Positions 33,227 through 42,427 of a stretch of 46,909 nt of DNA are shown here, one piece after another. The stretch lies in IMG/VR virus record IMGVR_UViG_3300043220_000102, positions 1 to 46,909 of that record; one strand, given 5' to 3'. Below the pieces are notes generated by a model. That model did not search any database, was not told the origin of the DNA, and was given only the letters and a program-made list of their open reading frames with translations. The translations under genes and the position numbers were made by a program. Position 1 is the first letter of the stretch, and the number at the start of each line of letters is the position of its first letter. The stretch is from a virus. Taxonomy: Duplodnaviria; Caudoviricetes.

Positions 33227-33371
33227 CTTTCACCGCCTTGATGATGTCCTCTACGACATGAGCCGGGCGCCGCCCCGCTTTCGCGGCCTCAGCATCCACC
33301 CATTCCTTGAGTTCCCGGAGGATGATCCAGTTGGCTTGAACCTTACCGTCGGGCAGTGTTTTCGTAGGCAT
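33219..33371 (-). CDS. 50-aa ribbon-helix-helix-like regulator, probably leaderless
   Basis: KVQANWIILRELKEWMDAEAAKAGRRPAHVVEDII; first gene of the accessory operon. Confidence 0.6.
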   Translation of the reverse strand: MPTKTLPDGKVQANWIILRELKEWVDAEAAKAGRRPAHVVEDIIKAVKGA

Positions 33372-33378
33372 GATACCT

Positions 33379-33408
33379 ACCCTAGCATGGCACCCTAGGG
33401 TCTGTCAA
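33379..33408 (-). promoter_or_regulatory. Promoter with embedded palindromic operator candidate
   Basis: TTGACA-18-(TGC)TAGGGT-7-ATG; palindrome ACCCTAGGGT at 33392-33401. Confidence 0.7.
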
Positions 33409-33461
33409 GCCCTTAGCACAGAAACCTGTTTCATGAATCCGCCACGCCCTGCGGCGTCCGT

Positions 33462-34094
33462 CTACGGCTTCGTCAGCCAGTGCAGGGCGGCTTTCGTCTC
33501 GGGCTTCATCGGCACCTCGAAGCGCGCAGCCTCGGCGGCCTCGTTGAGTAGCGCCAGCACTCTCAGGATGTCTGCGACGGTTGGCTGTGGCATGTCTGTT
33601 TCCTCCTCTACTGCGGGGATGATGATCTCCCAGGGGATGCGGTCTGACGGGCACTCGGTCGGCGGCGCACCGAAGCGCGTCATCTCCTTGTGCTCCCACG
33701 CCTGCTGACGGCGCTTGAAGGCGGCCCAGGCTTCCTCTATCACGTACCAGATGGCTAGGTCAATGAGGTTCTGGACCTGGCTATCAGTCAGCAGCTCGCC
33801 GGCCACGCCCTCACTCTCACAGGCGTCAAAGCGGACGTTGGGATCGAGTTCGCCGTTGGCCCAGCAGAGAGTGCCGCGCTCGTAGTGCTGGATGAGGCGG
33901 CCCCTTTTAGGATTCGAGAAATGCCAGCTTGGCACGCCAGGTCTCAGGATGATGCGCCGCATGACGGATAGCGGCCCCTCTGCCGAGTGGTAGACAAGGC
34001 CGCGCTTCTCTCTGGGCTCCCTGATACCGTCATAGCCGTGCGCCTGCGGGTGCCCCGGCTCTCGGGCTGCCTTGGCGAACCAGCGGCCGCTCAT
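33462..34094 (-). CDS. Endolysin, N-acetylmuramoyl-L-alanine amidase (Amidase_2-like)
   Basis: LVYHSAEG, SWHF, ESEG, EHKE and TECP Zn-amidase pattern. Confidence 0.85.
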   Translation of the reverse strand: MSGRWFAKAAREPGHPQAHGYDGIREPREKRGLVYHSAEGPLSVMRRIILRPGVPSWHFSNPKRGRLIQHYERGTLCWANGELDPNVRFDACESEGVAGELLTDSQVQNLIDLAIWYVIEEAWAAFKRRQQAWEHKEMTRFGAPPTECPSDRIPWEIIIPAVEEETDMPQPTVADILRVLALLNEAAEAARFEVPMKPETKAALHWLTKP

Positions 34095-34171
34095 GCCACT
34101 CCTCCGATCCATTCCCGCGCCACGTACAGCGCCCACATGAGCCAGTAGGCGATGACGGTCAGGCAGTACAT
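34091..34171 (-). CDS. 26-aa hydrophobic microprotein
   Basis: MYCLTVIAYWLMWALYVAREWIGGVA; ATGA overlap with the endolysin. Confidence 0.45.
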   Translation of the reverse strand: MYCLTVIAYWLMWALYVAREWIGGVA

Positions 34172-34172
34172 G

Positions 34173-34361
34173 CTAGTGCTTGCCCTTCCCGTTGATGCCA
34201 TTCTCCTGCATGTGGCCGAAGACGTAACCAGATGCCGAGGCGATTAGCGCAACCAGCCAGATCGGGGCCTCTGTTCCGGTGAACTCCAGCAGTAGGGCTC
34301 CGCCCAGCGCAACGGTGGCGAAGAGCCCAGCGAAGATGATGCGTAGCATGGCTTTGGTCAC
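34173..34361 (-). CDS. Putative holin (two TM helices)
   Basis: Two hydrophobic segments, SGYVFG motif, upstream of the endolysin. Confidence 0.65.
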   Translation of the reverse strand: MTKAMLRIIFAGLFATVALGGALLLEFTGTEAPIWLVALIASASGYVFGHMQENGINGKGKH

Positions 34362-34365
34362 GTTT

Positions 34366-34479
34366 CTACCCTCCTATTCGTGCTCCTAGAAATCCCGCAC
34401 ACGCCCCGGCGGCGGCCAGCACGAACACCGTGGCCAGCAGGCTCAGGGCGCAGATCAGCAGCTTCTCTTGCCAGGTCAT
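34366..34479 (-). CDS. 37-aa membrane microprotein
   Basis: MTWQEKLLICALSLLATVFVLAAAGACAGFLGARIGG; TGATG overlap. Confidence 0.5.
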   Translation of the reverse strand: MTWQEKLLICALSLLATVFVLAAAGACAGFLGARIGG

Positions 34480-35741
34480 CACCATATCGTCGGGTTCGCG
34501 CTACCCAGCCCCGCACCGCTAGCCTCCCCTGTGATGGTGTGTATCCCCATTGTGGGGAAGTCGTCGGGCAGGGCCTTGGGGCCTTCCTTCAGGTACTCTA
34601 GGCCGATCTGGTCGAGGTCGATGGTGTCAGCACCGCTAAGCAAGGCCCTCCCCTCAACTCCCGCTTCGAGATCGTTGAATGAGGCGTTAGAGCCATCCGA
34701 GGTAGACTCGGTAATTGTCTTGCCGTTGATCTGGTTATAGGTCTTTGCCAGTGCGGTTTGCCGGCCCAATGCCCGGTAACCTGCCAGTTGGCTAAAGTCA
34801 TCCCCATAGTCGCGGGTGCCAACACCCGTTTCCAAAACGTAGGTTCTTATATCAATAGCTCCACCGCCTCTCTGCGCCGACCCGATCACCTGAACAGCCA
34901 ACGGAGTGTCACCCCCAGCAGCATCGTTAATCTTGTAGCTACTCTTCTCTCCATTCGCGTCGCCCTGATCAATGGCCACCTGGTCTGGCGGTATCTCATC
35001 CACATCCTGGAAGTTCGGCGCTCCGCCATCGAAGTCGGTGTCCGTACCGTTGGCGCTCGGCACCTTGAACACCGTCGTTATAGAGCCGAGGGGTGTCGTG
35101 TTGGGCGAGACGTTCAGGTACTGGCTGGCCATCTCGTCCACGTAGAACGGCCCGCCTACTGTGGGCAGGCCCTTTCCCTGGCTGGTGCCAAAGGTAATCG
35201 CTGTGATGTCGTTGTGGTCACCATCGCCGTGACCGCTTACATCTATCGCCTTGTCCCAGGCTCCTGCCTTCCAGACCCAGAGAATGTCCCGTGAGTTCGC
35301 TTCTTCCCGGAGGTCCACGTACCAGAGAATCCAGTAATCTGTACTGTTGGCAACATAGCCGGCACCAGCGGAAGCTATCTGATCGCCCTGTCTGTCTAGG
35401 ATTTGGAGGCTTTCGTCAACGCCAATTATGAGGCGGCGGGCGATGTTCCCTGCCACGTTGCCATCCCCCAGCTCGCAAATGCCAACCTCATCATCGAAGT
35501 CAGCAGCAAAACGAAACATAAAGGGGATTAGTAGAAAGGAGGGCGTATCTGGAAGAAGAGCGCGGAAGCCGTAAATCTCAGTGACAGCCTGGCCATTGAC
35601 AGGGTCGATGCAGTAGGAATAAGCGCCGGGGAATGCTCCCGGCGACGCAATGATGGAGTCGTTGGCGCCGCCTGTATAGAGTCCACTGCTGATGCTACCC
35701 GCTGGCCCAGCTTCAGCACCAGCGAACGCATGAAACGTCAC
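34479..35741 (-). CDS. Putative tail/receptor-binding beta-rich protein, 420 aa
   Basis: Position in the tail block; FYVDE and FQDVDEIPPD segments. Confidence 0.6.
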   Translation of the reverse strand: MTFHAFAGAEAGPAGSISSGLYTGGANDSIIASPGAFPGAYSYCIDPVNGQAVTEIYGFRALLPDTPSFLLIPFMFRFAADFDDEVGICELGDGNVAGNIARRLIIGVDESLQILDRQGDQIASAGAGYVANSTDYWILWYVDLREEANSRDILWVWKAGAWDKAIDVSGHGDGDHNDITAITFGTSQGKGLPTVGGPFYVDEMASQYLNVSPNTTPLGSITTVFKVPSANGTDTDFDGGAPNFQDVDEIPPDQVAIDQGDANGEKSSYKINDAAGGDTPLAVQVIGSAQRGGGAIDIRTYVLETGVGTRDYGDDFSQLAGYRALGRQTALAKTYNQINGKTITESTSDGSNASFNDLEAGVEGRALLSGADTIDLDQIGLEYLKEGPKALPDDFPTMGIHTITGEASGAGLGSANPTIW

Positions 35742-36250
35742 CGCTTCACCTCGTCGTTCACCTCGCCCCCATCCCCGAAGAAGAAGTCGAAGTTCTGGTA
35801 CGGGCTCAGCAGCTCGTCCTCGGCCAGCACACTAGCCCCGTCCACCTTCTCGCAGGCGGCCGCCGTGGCGATGGGATTGAGGAAGCCGGTTAGGTGGCCA
35901 GCATCCTTCGGTACGAGCCCCCAGACGCGCTGTACGCCCAGTGTGGCCATCTCATCGTGGATAGCCTGGACGTTGGCCTTGAAGGCGGCGTCTAGTTCGT
36001 CAGGGCGGCTAAGGTCGGCCAGCCAGAACTTGATCTGCATGGTCGCCGTCTTGTCCACGGGGCACTCGAACGGGTGCTTGAGCAGCACGCCCACCAGCGG
36101 CTTCCCGTCCCTGGCCCGCTCAGTGAGGATGATGAAGGCGTTGTTGTCGAACCAACTAGGCAGGACCCTGGCCAGGAAGCCGTGCCGCTTGTCGATAGCG
36201 GCCAGCTTGCGGATGTCGGCGCGTAGCTCAGCAGTGGTCAGCGTTGGCAT
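35738..36250 (-). CDS. Hypothetical protein, possible GNAT-like fold
   Basis: EMATLGVQRVWGLVPKDA. Confidence 0.5.
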   Translation of the reverse strand: MPTLTTAELRADIRKLAAIDKRHGFLARVLPSWFDNNAFIILTERARDGKPLVGVLLKHPFECPVDKTATMQIKFWLADLSRPDELDAAFKANVQAIHDEMATLGVQRVWGLVPKDAGHLTGFLNPIATAAACEKVDGASVLAEDELLSPYQNFDFFFGDGGEVNDEVKR

Positions 36251-38484
36251 TATTCGTCCGATGCGTTGTTGGTGCCGTAGAGCACGAAGAAGATCAACAG
36301 GGGCGCTTCTTCCGCCATGTCTCCTCCCGTGCGCTCTATCTCGAAGGTTACATGGTCACCGCCTGCGGGAGTCCCGGAGGACGCAATGGTTAGAGCCGCG
36401 CTCTCAGCCGACACGGCGAGGTCGCCGGCAGCAGTGGGGGTCGGCAGGGTATAGGTGATGTTGACGCGAGCTCCCAGCGCCACGTTCATCGACTCGTCAT
36501 CTTTCGTTGCGCCGGCCGCGAGCCCAAAGATCACCGTGTCGCCGGCGGAAGACCCCGTGGGTGTCACGAACTTGTACCACCAGGTAACGGTGCCTCCGTC
36601 GTAGTTTTTCGGAAGGTCCATGTCCATGGTGCCCTGTTCGTTAACGGCGAAGCTCCGCGTGACATAGTTTCTTCCATTGCCGGTCTCTTGCTGTACCGCA
36701 GCGGCACAGGGGTCGGTGTCGTTGGGAATCAGGCCAGCGGCTCTGATAATGATGCTGCGCTTGGGGATAGTGAAGACGGGGGGTGTCGCTGCCCCCTTGC
36801 TCTCAAGTATCCCGCCCGTTGCACTTAGCGCAAGCTCCTGCTGATCCCCCGAGCCGTCTGTATAGGGCACCTTCCAGTTGCCGCCCTCAGTGTGCGCGGA
36901 GGGCCCGTGAGGATGATCCGCTGCCACGTCCGCAAGCCCCACTAGATTGCCATGGTCCGTCACCCCCACGATAGAGAACTGAGTGTCGAAGGCACTAAGT
37001 ATCTCAGCCGCCGTTCCGGCAGACTTCTGAAAGACGAAGCGCGCTGCCAGGGTCCCATGCACCTGTAGCCGTTCCGGCAGGACACTGGGCGCAGCTTCGG
37101 CCTCTGCCAGAGCCTGAGAGTTATACTGTGCCGTCCCATAGACCATGACCAACTCGCCATCCAGTTCGATGTACCACCAAAGGTTCGCCCACTTGTTGTT
37201 CCCCATGTCTTGCAGGGTAGCGTCACCATCGTCGTATTGAGTGTTCGGCCACGCAGCGACACCCGTAGCCTTCTGACCGTCAGCGGAGTAAGTGTCGAAG
37301 GTGTCTGCGGCACCGCCAGGATCGGTGTCGAGAGCACCGATGGTGAACTTCGTCAATCCCCGCCAGAGAGCGCCTGCGCTCACGACCACTCTTCGCGTAC
37401 CGGACTCAGAGAAGATCAGCCCGCCAACCGCCTTGTCACGAGCGATCGGGGCGGTCCCTACAACACGTTGGATCATGAAGTTGGCGTGGTCGCCAATCTC
37501 CCAGGGAGCGAATTGGACATGCAGATTGCCGCCTTCGTTCACAACCGTGCCCAACGGGAACTCGGTGTTGAGGTTGAAGTTGTTGGTCGTGCGAACGACG
37601 ACGACCGGGGGCGTGCCATCCTGAACTCCGATGTAGCGGATGGTGTCGGCGGGGATGGCCAGCCCGTTAGACGCTGCCCAGTCACCGAAGCGGAGCTGCG
37701 CCGTCTGGCTGTTCGATGCACGAAACGCGCCCGCGCCAGCGGCTACATCAATCATTGCTCCGCCCGGCTTCGAGATGCCTCCACCATTGATCCACCCCGT
37801 CGAGTGGTAGACGGTGTTCAGGTCTTCTACGTTGGTGTAGGTGGGGCTGCCGATAACGGGGAGCTTGACGACGCTGGCATCGAGCGTACTACCCCCCTGT
37901 GCGTCTGCGTGGTCGTGCTGGTGAGCTTGGAGCGTGCCGCGGGCTATGACGTGCCAGCCAACGAGGGTTTCGTGCAAGAGCAGCACGTAGTCGTTGTACT
38001 CAGTGAGAGACAAGTCCTGCCCGTCGTCCATGAGGATGCTGTTGAAGCCGCCAGCGAAATGCTTCAGGACAACGGTGTGCGAGCCACTAAAAGGCGTGAG
38101 GAGAATTAGGTCGTTATTGGTCCCTCCCGAAATTGCCCGCAGCTCGTCCGTTCCTGCCCCGCCTTCTGTTTCAACTCGAACAAGGGTCCGCGTTACTGTG
38201 ATCGCCCCGTCGCTCACCTCACTGATCGTAACGTCCTCGAACTCCCCCAAGTTCGTCATGACATTTGGAAAGGTGAACCGGGTAGGCGTTGTGGTAAGGA
38301 AGTTCCGCCAAACCGCGTCCTTAAACTCGTCCGCGTCGTACATTTGCAGGCGCCCGTCTTCAATCGCCGAGCCCACTGCATCTGAGTTATAGAGGATGAG
38401 GCGCCCCAGCGGATTAGGGAATGCAGCATCCCGCTGAGCCGTCGTCATCTCTGATGGGATGAAGGGGGGTAGTATTATCGGCAT
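36250..38484 (-). CDS. Tail fibre-like protein, 744 aa
   Basis: MTTAQRDA, HQHDH and DHGNLVGL fibre motifs; C-terminal LPKNYDGGTV domain. Confidence 0.7.
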   Translation of the reverse strand: MPIILPPFIPSEMTTAQRDAAFPNPLGRLILYNSDAVGSAIEDGRLQMYDADEFKDAVWRNFLTTTPTRFTFPNVMTNLGEFEDVTISEVSDGAITVTRTLVRVETEGGAGTDELRAISGGTNNDLILLTPFSGSHTVVLKHFAGGFNSILMDDGQDLSLTEYNDYVLLLHETLVGWHVIARGTLQAHQHDHADAQGGSTLDASVVKLPVIGSPTYTNVEDLNTVYHSTGWINGGGISKPGGAMIDVAAGAGAFRASNSQTAQLRFGDWAASNGLAIPADTIRYIGVQDGTPPVVVVRTTNNFNLNTEFPLGTVVNEGGNLHVQFAPWEIGDHANFMIQRVVGTAPIARDKAVGGLIFSESGTRRVVVSAGALWRGLTKFTIGALDTDPGGAADTFDTYSADGQKATGVAAWPNTQYDDGDATLQDMGNNKWANLWWYIELDGELVMVYGTAQYNSQALAEAEAAPSVLPERLQVHGTLAARFVFQKSAGTAAEILSAFDTQFSIVGVTDHGNLVGLADVAADHPHGPSAHTEGGNWKVPYTDGSGDQQELALSATGGILESKGAATPPVFTIPKRSIIIRAAGLIPNDTDPCAAAVQQETGNGRNYVTRSFAVNEQGTMDMDLPKNYDGGTVTWWYKFVTPTGSSAGDTVIFGLAAGATKDDESMNVALGARVNITYTLPTPTAAGDLAVSAESAALTIASSGTPAGGDHVTFEIERTGGDMAEEAPLLIFFVLYGTNNASDE

Positions 38485-39974
38485 TAGCTCGACTCCGCTA
38501 TCACTTTGCCTCCGTGGAAATAGAAAGCCCCCCCGCTGAGACCTCCAACTTCGAGCCGGTACGTCTTGCGGCCCGAGATGTTCGGAGAGGTACCATTGGG
38601 CAGGTAAAACGTGCCACTTCTTAGAATCTCGTAGGCCGTAGCAGTGCCCGAGATCTCGGAACCCGCCACAACGATTCCGTCCGTGATGTTGTAGAGGCGC
38701 GCATTGACGGGCGTGCCAGCGGCGGCGGTATACATCGCAACAGTCAGGCGGAAGACTGAACCCGGCGCAAAATCATCAGGATCAGCAGTCTGCTCAATAC
38801 CAAGCCAAGTCTGTGTGATCGCATCCCAGATCCCCCAGGGAACAAACTGCTCCCCGCCGCCCAGGATACTTGGGAGCGGGTGGGCGATTAGTATCACAAC
38901 CGGGTCGGGTGTCACCGTGACACCGCCGATCGTGACGCTCGGCGCCGGAACGCTGATTGGCACCAGAACAGAGTCGGGGAGCGCCGTGATGCTCAAGGAG
39001 GGCGTCGGCAGAACTATGGGCACCACAACTGGATCAGGCGTGGCCGTCACCCCACCGATCACGACCGTAGGGGTCGGGTGCGAAATGACGACAACAACTG
39101 GATCAGGGAAAAGGGTGGTGTCTAGGCCCTCAGAGATAGCCAGCGGAGCAGGATGCGCGATTGGTACGACAACCGGATCGGGCGTCGCGGTAACGGAGCC
39201 CACGACGGCCGTTGGGGTTGGGTGGGCTACAGGAACGACAACAGGATCGGGTGTTGCCGTGACGGCACCGACGATTCCCGACGCTATAGGTATGAAAATT
39301 GGCATCTCGACGGGATCGGGCGCAAGTGTAACCGCACCGGCCACAATCGTTGGCGCTGGATGGGCTATCGGGACGACAACTGGATCGGGTGTTGCCGTAG
39401 TGTCCAGTCCGCCTGCTGTATAGTCGATGTGCAGCTTCGCGCCGTAGGCATTACCCGGGTAGTCCCATGAGCGCGGTATTCGCTCGCCGGAGCCTGAGGC
39501 GTAGATGTGAAGCAGGACGATGGCGGAGGGATCGTAGTTGTCGGCCAGTTCTTGGATGATGTCGGCAATCACGGTACTGGAAGACCGCGGGAAGTCGTAA
39601 TCATTTCCCGATGCCCAAGTACCGAACTCAGCGCCACCGCCCAGGGTACTAGCAGTAGTTCGCGCCCTATTCTTGATGTTGTTCACTCCGCTAGCGAATA
39701 CGGGGGGCGCCTCAGCATCTTCAGCGTACCAGGTGGCAAAGAAAGAACCGCTATCCGAACTGTGCGCATAAGGGAAGTTGATCTTGGTGCCGGCGTTGAT
39801 CGTTGCGCCCGCCAGTTGGCCGGAAAGGCCCGTTTTCCATCGAAACCCGTGGTGCAGCGAAACTGAATATTTACCCAAGAAAAGCCTACCATAGTTGAGA
39901 TTCATGACGCCGCTGCCTACCTGCTCCCAGGCGTCGTCTGTACTAGCGTCAACCTGAAGGTCTAGGGTCGCCAC
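38484..39974 (-). CDS. Virion protein with eight ~23-aa TATPDPVVVPI repeats
   Basis: VDASTDDAWE N-domain ending KLHIDY, tandem repeats, C-terminal domain. Confidence 0.7.
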   Translation of the reverse strand: MATLDLQVDASTDDAWEQVGSGVMNLNYGRLFLGKYSVSLHHGFRWKTGLSGQLAGATINAGTKINFPYAHSSDSGSFFATWYAEDAEAPPVFASGVNNIKNRARTTASTLGGGAEFGTWASGNDYDFPRSSSTVIADIIQELADNYDPSAIVLLHIYASGSGERIPRSWDYPGNAYGAKLHIDYTAGGLDTTATPDPVVVPIAHPAPTIVAGAVTLAPDPVEMPIFIPIASGIVGAVTATPDPVVVPVAHPTPTAVVGSVTATPDPVVVPIAHPAPLAISEGLDTTLFPDPVVVVISHPTPTVVIGGVTATPDPVVVPIVLPTPSLSITALPDSVLVPISVPAPSVTIGGVTVTPDPVVILIAHPLPSILGGGEQFVPWGIWDAITQTWLGIEQTADPDDFAPGSVFRLTVAMYTAAAGTPVNARLYNITDGIVVAGSEISGTATAYEILRSGTFYLPNGTSPNISGRKTYRLEVGGLSGGAFYFHGGKVIAESS

Positions 39975-40384
39975 TAGGCTATCACTCCTAGGTCTAGGTC
40001 TTTGTTGCGCAACGCGGCCACTTCGGGCTTCGCTAGAATCCCGTGCGGATCGCTCTGGTCGCGTTGGGTGGGCTCTCGCAGAGGCATCCCCTTGCGGCTG
40101 ATCATCCTGTCGCCCTCGAAGAATGCATCAGCCGTGACAGCATTGGCCGCACTGTGGTCGCCCCTGTAGCCACACTCCTCCGCGGCCTTGGCATAGCGGC
40201 GGATGTTGGCCATGATCTGGGCCTTCAGATCCCCTCCAAGATTCAGTGCCATCACGTGGCTGTTGATTAGGTAAGGCTTGTCCCGACTCGTGCGCGCAGC
40301 CTTAGTCTTCCACAAGTGGACAAGAAAGAATGGGCAGCCAGTCTTCTTATCCGTCGAAATCTCGACGATCCTTGGATGCAGCAT
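39974..40384 (-). CDS. Hypothetical protein, 136 aa
   Basis: MLHPRIVEISTDKK...; fills the gap in the tail operon. Confidence 0.55.
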   Translation of the reverse strand: MLHPRIVEISTDKKTGCPFFLVHLWKTKAARTSRDKPYLINSHVMALNLGGDLKAQIMANIRRYAKAAEECGYRGDHSAANAVTADAFFEGDRMISRKGMPLREPTQRDQSDPHGILAKPEVAALRNKDLDLGVIA

Positions 40385-40403
40385 GAATTGCCCTTGACTA
40401 CGA

Positions 40404-40853
40404 CTAGCCCTGTGTGATCTGGGCAATGCCCTCGGCATTCCACTGGATCGTGAAATTGCCGGTATTCCCGTTGAAGCCTGAGATTCCTCCCGACTCGACC
40501 CAGAAGAGCGGGATGCTGTCCGCGTCATTCGTGACGAACTTGAAGATGAGCGCGCCGGCTATGTTACTAGCCCCAGCTCCTAGCGCTGTCCAAACCACGT
40601 CATCGGCATCGAACTCCCCCCGATCATTGCCTTGGTCTTCGTTGAAAATCTCGTTGGCGAAGGACTTCCTCACATAGTTGGCGCCATCGTACTCATCCAA
40701 GGCGAAGTCGCTAAGTACGGCGGCGGTCTTCAGTGTGTCGCAGTCGGTAGCTTGCATACAGAGGGCAATGCGAATATCATCGCCCCCCGTGTGCAGATTG
40801 AGCGTTCCCCGCCCCAGATCTCTCTTTGGCCTTGTGTACGCGAAATCAGCCAT
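40404..40853 (-). CDS. Small virion structural protein, 149 aa
   Basis: DIRIAL, FDADDVVWT, NFTIQWNAEGI motifs typical of small phage tail proteins. Confidence 0.7.
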   Translation of the reverse strand: MADFAYTRPKRDLGRGTLNLHTGGDDIRIALCMQATDCDTLKTAAVLSDFALDEYDGANYVRKSFANEIFNEDQGNDRGEFDADDVVWTALGAGASNIAGALIFKFVTNDADSIPLFWVESGGISGFNGNTGNFTIQWNAEGIAQITQG

Positions 40854-40870
40854 TGTTCGTTTCTCCTTCC

Positions 40871-42427
40871 TTAGGGTGTGAATATCTGTGGCGACTGCGG
40901 ATCCCAGCCAAAGTTGATTTCAATGGCATAGGGCACAGCCGCGCGGGCTTCCGAATCGAGATATTTTGTGTGGTGCGGCGAGGCGTCGCCCAGGGCTAAG
41001 TGGTCTGCCGGTAGGAGGTACTGTGGGTGGTCGTCATCGGTGAGGCCGGACAGAGTGCCGTGGTCGCTGGATCCACCCCCGCTGCTAACAGGCCCCACGT
41101 AGTCGTCCGACCAGTTCCCATCAGCAGAGATAAGACCGAGGTTCACTGGGGGGGCGTTCGAGGTGGCGATCTCAATCATCGGCACAGGCGTGCCGGTGCC
41201 GCTCGTAGCCCTCCCATGGAAGCCGTCAATAACGATTTCGTCCGTTCTAAGGGCCGCGAAGGTGTCGAAGTAGATGAGGCGGTTATCCACCCGGTTTGTC
41301 GTCACAAAGACGTTCTGGAAGATGGCATACTGGCCGATGTACTTGTCGCCAGCATTTGGCCCCATCGCAAACAGGGTGCCGCCTGATGCCGTGAATTGGA
41401 TGGTTAGATCGCGGAAGTGCCCTTCTATTGCGTTGCCCCAAACGAAGAACTCCGTGGAAGTAACCGCGTGGTGGCCTCCCCTCACCTTCACATCGCAATC
41501 CCAGGAGCCCGAATAGTCGCCGAGCTGATCAATCCGTCCATCCCAGGACATCTGGCAATCCTCAATTGTGATGGTGCCGCCGAACCCGGAAGAACTTGTT
41601 GACCGGACAACGTTCGTGAGTTTTCCGGTACAGCGATGAAGCTCTTTCGGTCCACCAGAAAGGCCAGCAGCTATCGTCGTGCTGTGTATGGCCCGGACAA
41701 CGCCCCCAAAGTCGCAGTTGTCAAAATACAAGGAGAGCGCAGGCTCGCCAGCGCCTCCCGCAGCTTGGGCGGTGATGTCGTAATCACTCCCGCCGCCGCT
41801 GGTGAAGCGGATGTTCACGAACCGAAGCGAACAATCCGTGTCTTTGGTGTACGTGAGCATGGCGGACGTGCTCGCCCCGTTCACCGGCAACGCACTGCGT
41901 TTGCTGGGAGCCCCCCAAATCGTGATGACTTTTGATGACGCTTGGCTGCCCAGAGCGTGCGCGGTAGTGAGCGCGGGCTCCGTATGCGTGGAACAGAGCC
42001 AAATTGTCTTCCTGCCCCCGGCAGTCAGGGCATCCGCCAGGGCGCCACTAGCGCCATAGAGGGCAGTGTGCGTGCCCGATCCATTAGAGTCCACCACATA
42101 GTCGATGTTCATGAACCTGGCGCCAGAGATCGTCAGCCGCCGGTTGTTCGGCCAGGAGCCCCGCGTCAGAGCGATGCCGCCCACCGCGTCGAGCTGGTAG
42201 CCGAAGCCCTGGGAGACCTGGTCGTCCATGCCCTCTAGGGGCTGGTACTGGAAGTGGCCCTCGGCCACGCTAGGCGCACGGGCGTTGCTGGGCATGGAGT
42301 TCTCGAGAGCGAGCAGACGCGCCCCTGTCTCGCGGTGCTCCTCTTCGGCACGCCTCTGGGCCCGCGCAAGAGCCTCGCGCAGTTCCTCGACGGTCTCTGG
42401 CTCGCCGAACTGGCCTAGATCACCCAT
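40871..42427 (-). CDS. Tail spike-like protein, probable beta-helix
   Basis: N-terminal coiled coil, beta-helix-like strands (FVNIRF, FDNCDF, IEDCQM), DHGTLSGLTDDDHPQY motif. Confidence 0.65.
   Translation of the reverse strand: MGDLGQFGEPETVEELREALARAQRRAEEEHRETGARLLALENSMPSNARAPSVAEGHFQYQPLEGMDDQVSQGFGYQLDAVGGIALTRGSWPNNRRLTISGARFMNIDYVVDSNGSGTHTALYGASGALADALTAGGRKTIWLCSTHTEPALTTAHALGSQASSKVITIWGAPSKRSALPVNGASTSAMLTYTKDTDCSLRFVNIRFTSGGGSDYDITAQAAGGAGEPALSLYFDNCDFGGVVRAIHSTTIAAGLSGGPKELHRCTGKLTNVVRSTSSSGFGGTITIEDCQMSWDGRIDQLGDYSGSWDCDVKVRGGHHAVTSTEFFVWGNAIEGHFRDLTIQFTASGGTLFAMGPNAGDKYIGQYAIFQNVFVTTNRVDNRLIYFDTFAALRTDEIVIDGFHGRATSGTGTPVPMIEIATSNAPPVNLGLISADGNWSDDYVGPVSSGGGSSDHGTLSGLTDDDHPQYLLPADHLALGDASPHHTKYLDSEARAAVPYAIEINFGWDPQSPQIFTP

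Noticed and set aside
34479-42427. Diversity-generating retroelement acting on tail fibres
   Set aside because: No reverse transcriptase and no template/variable repeat pair seen.
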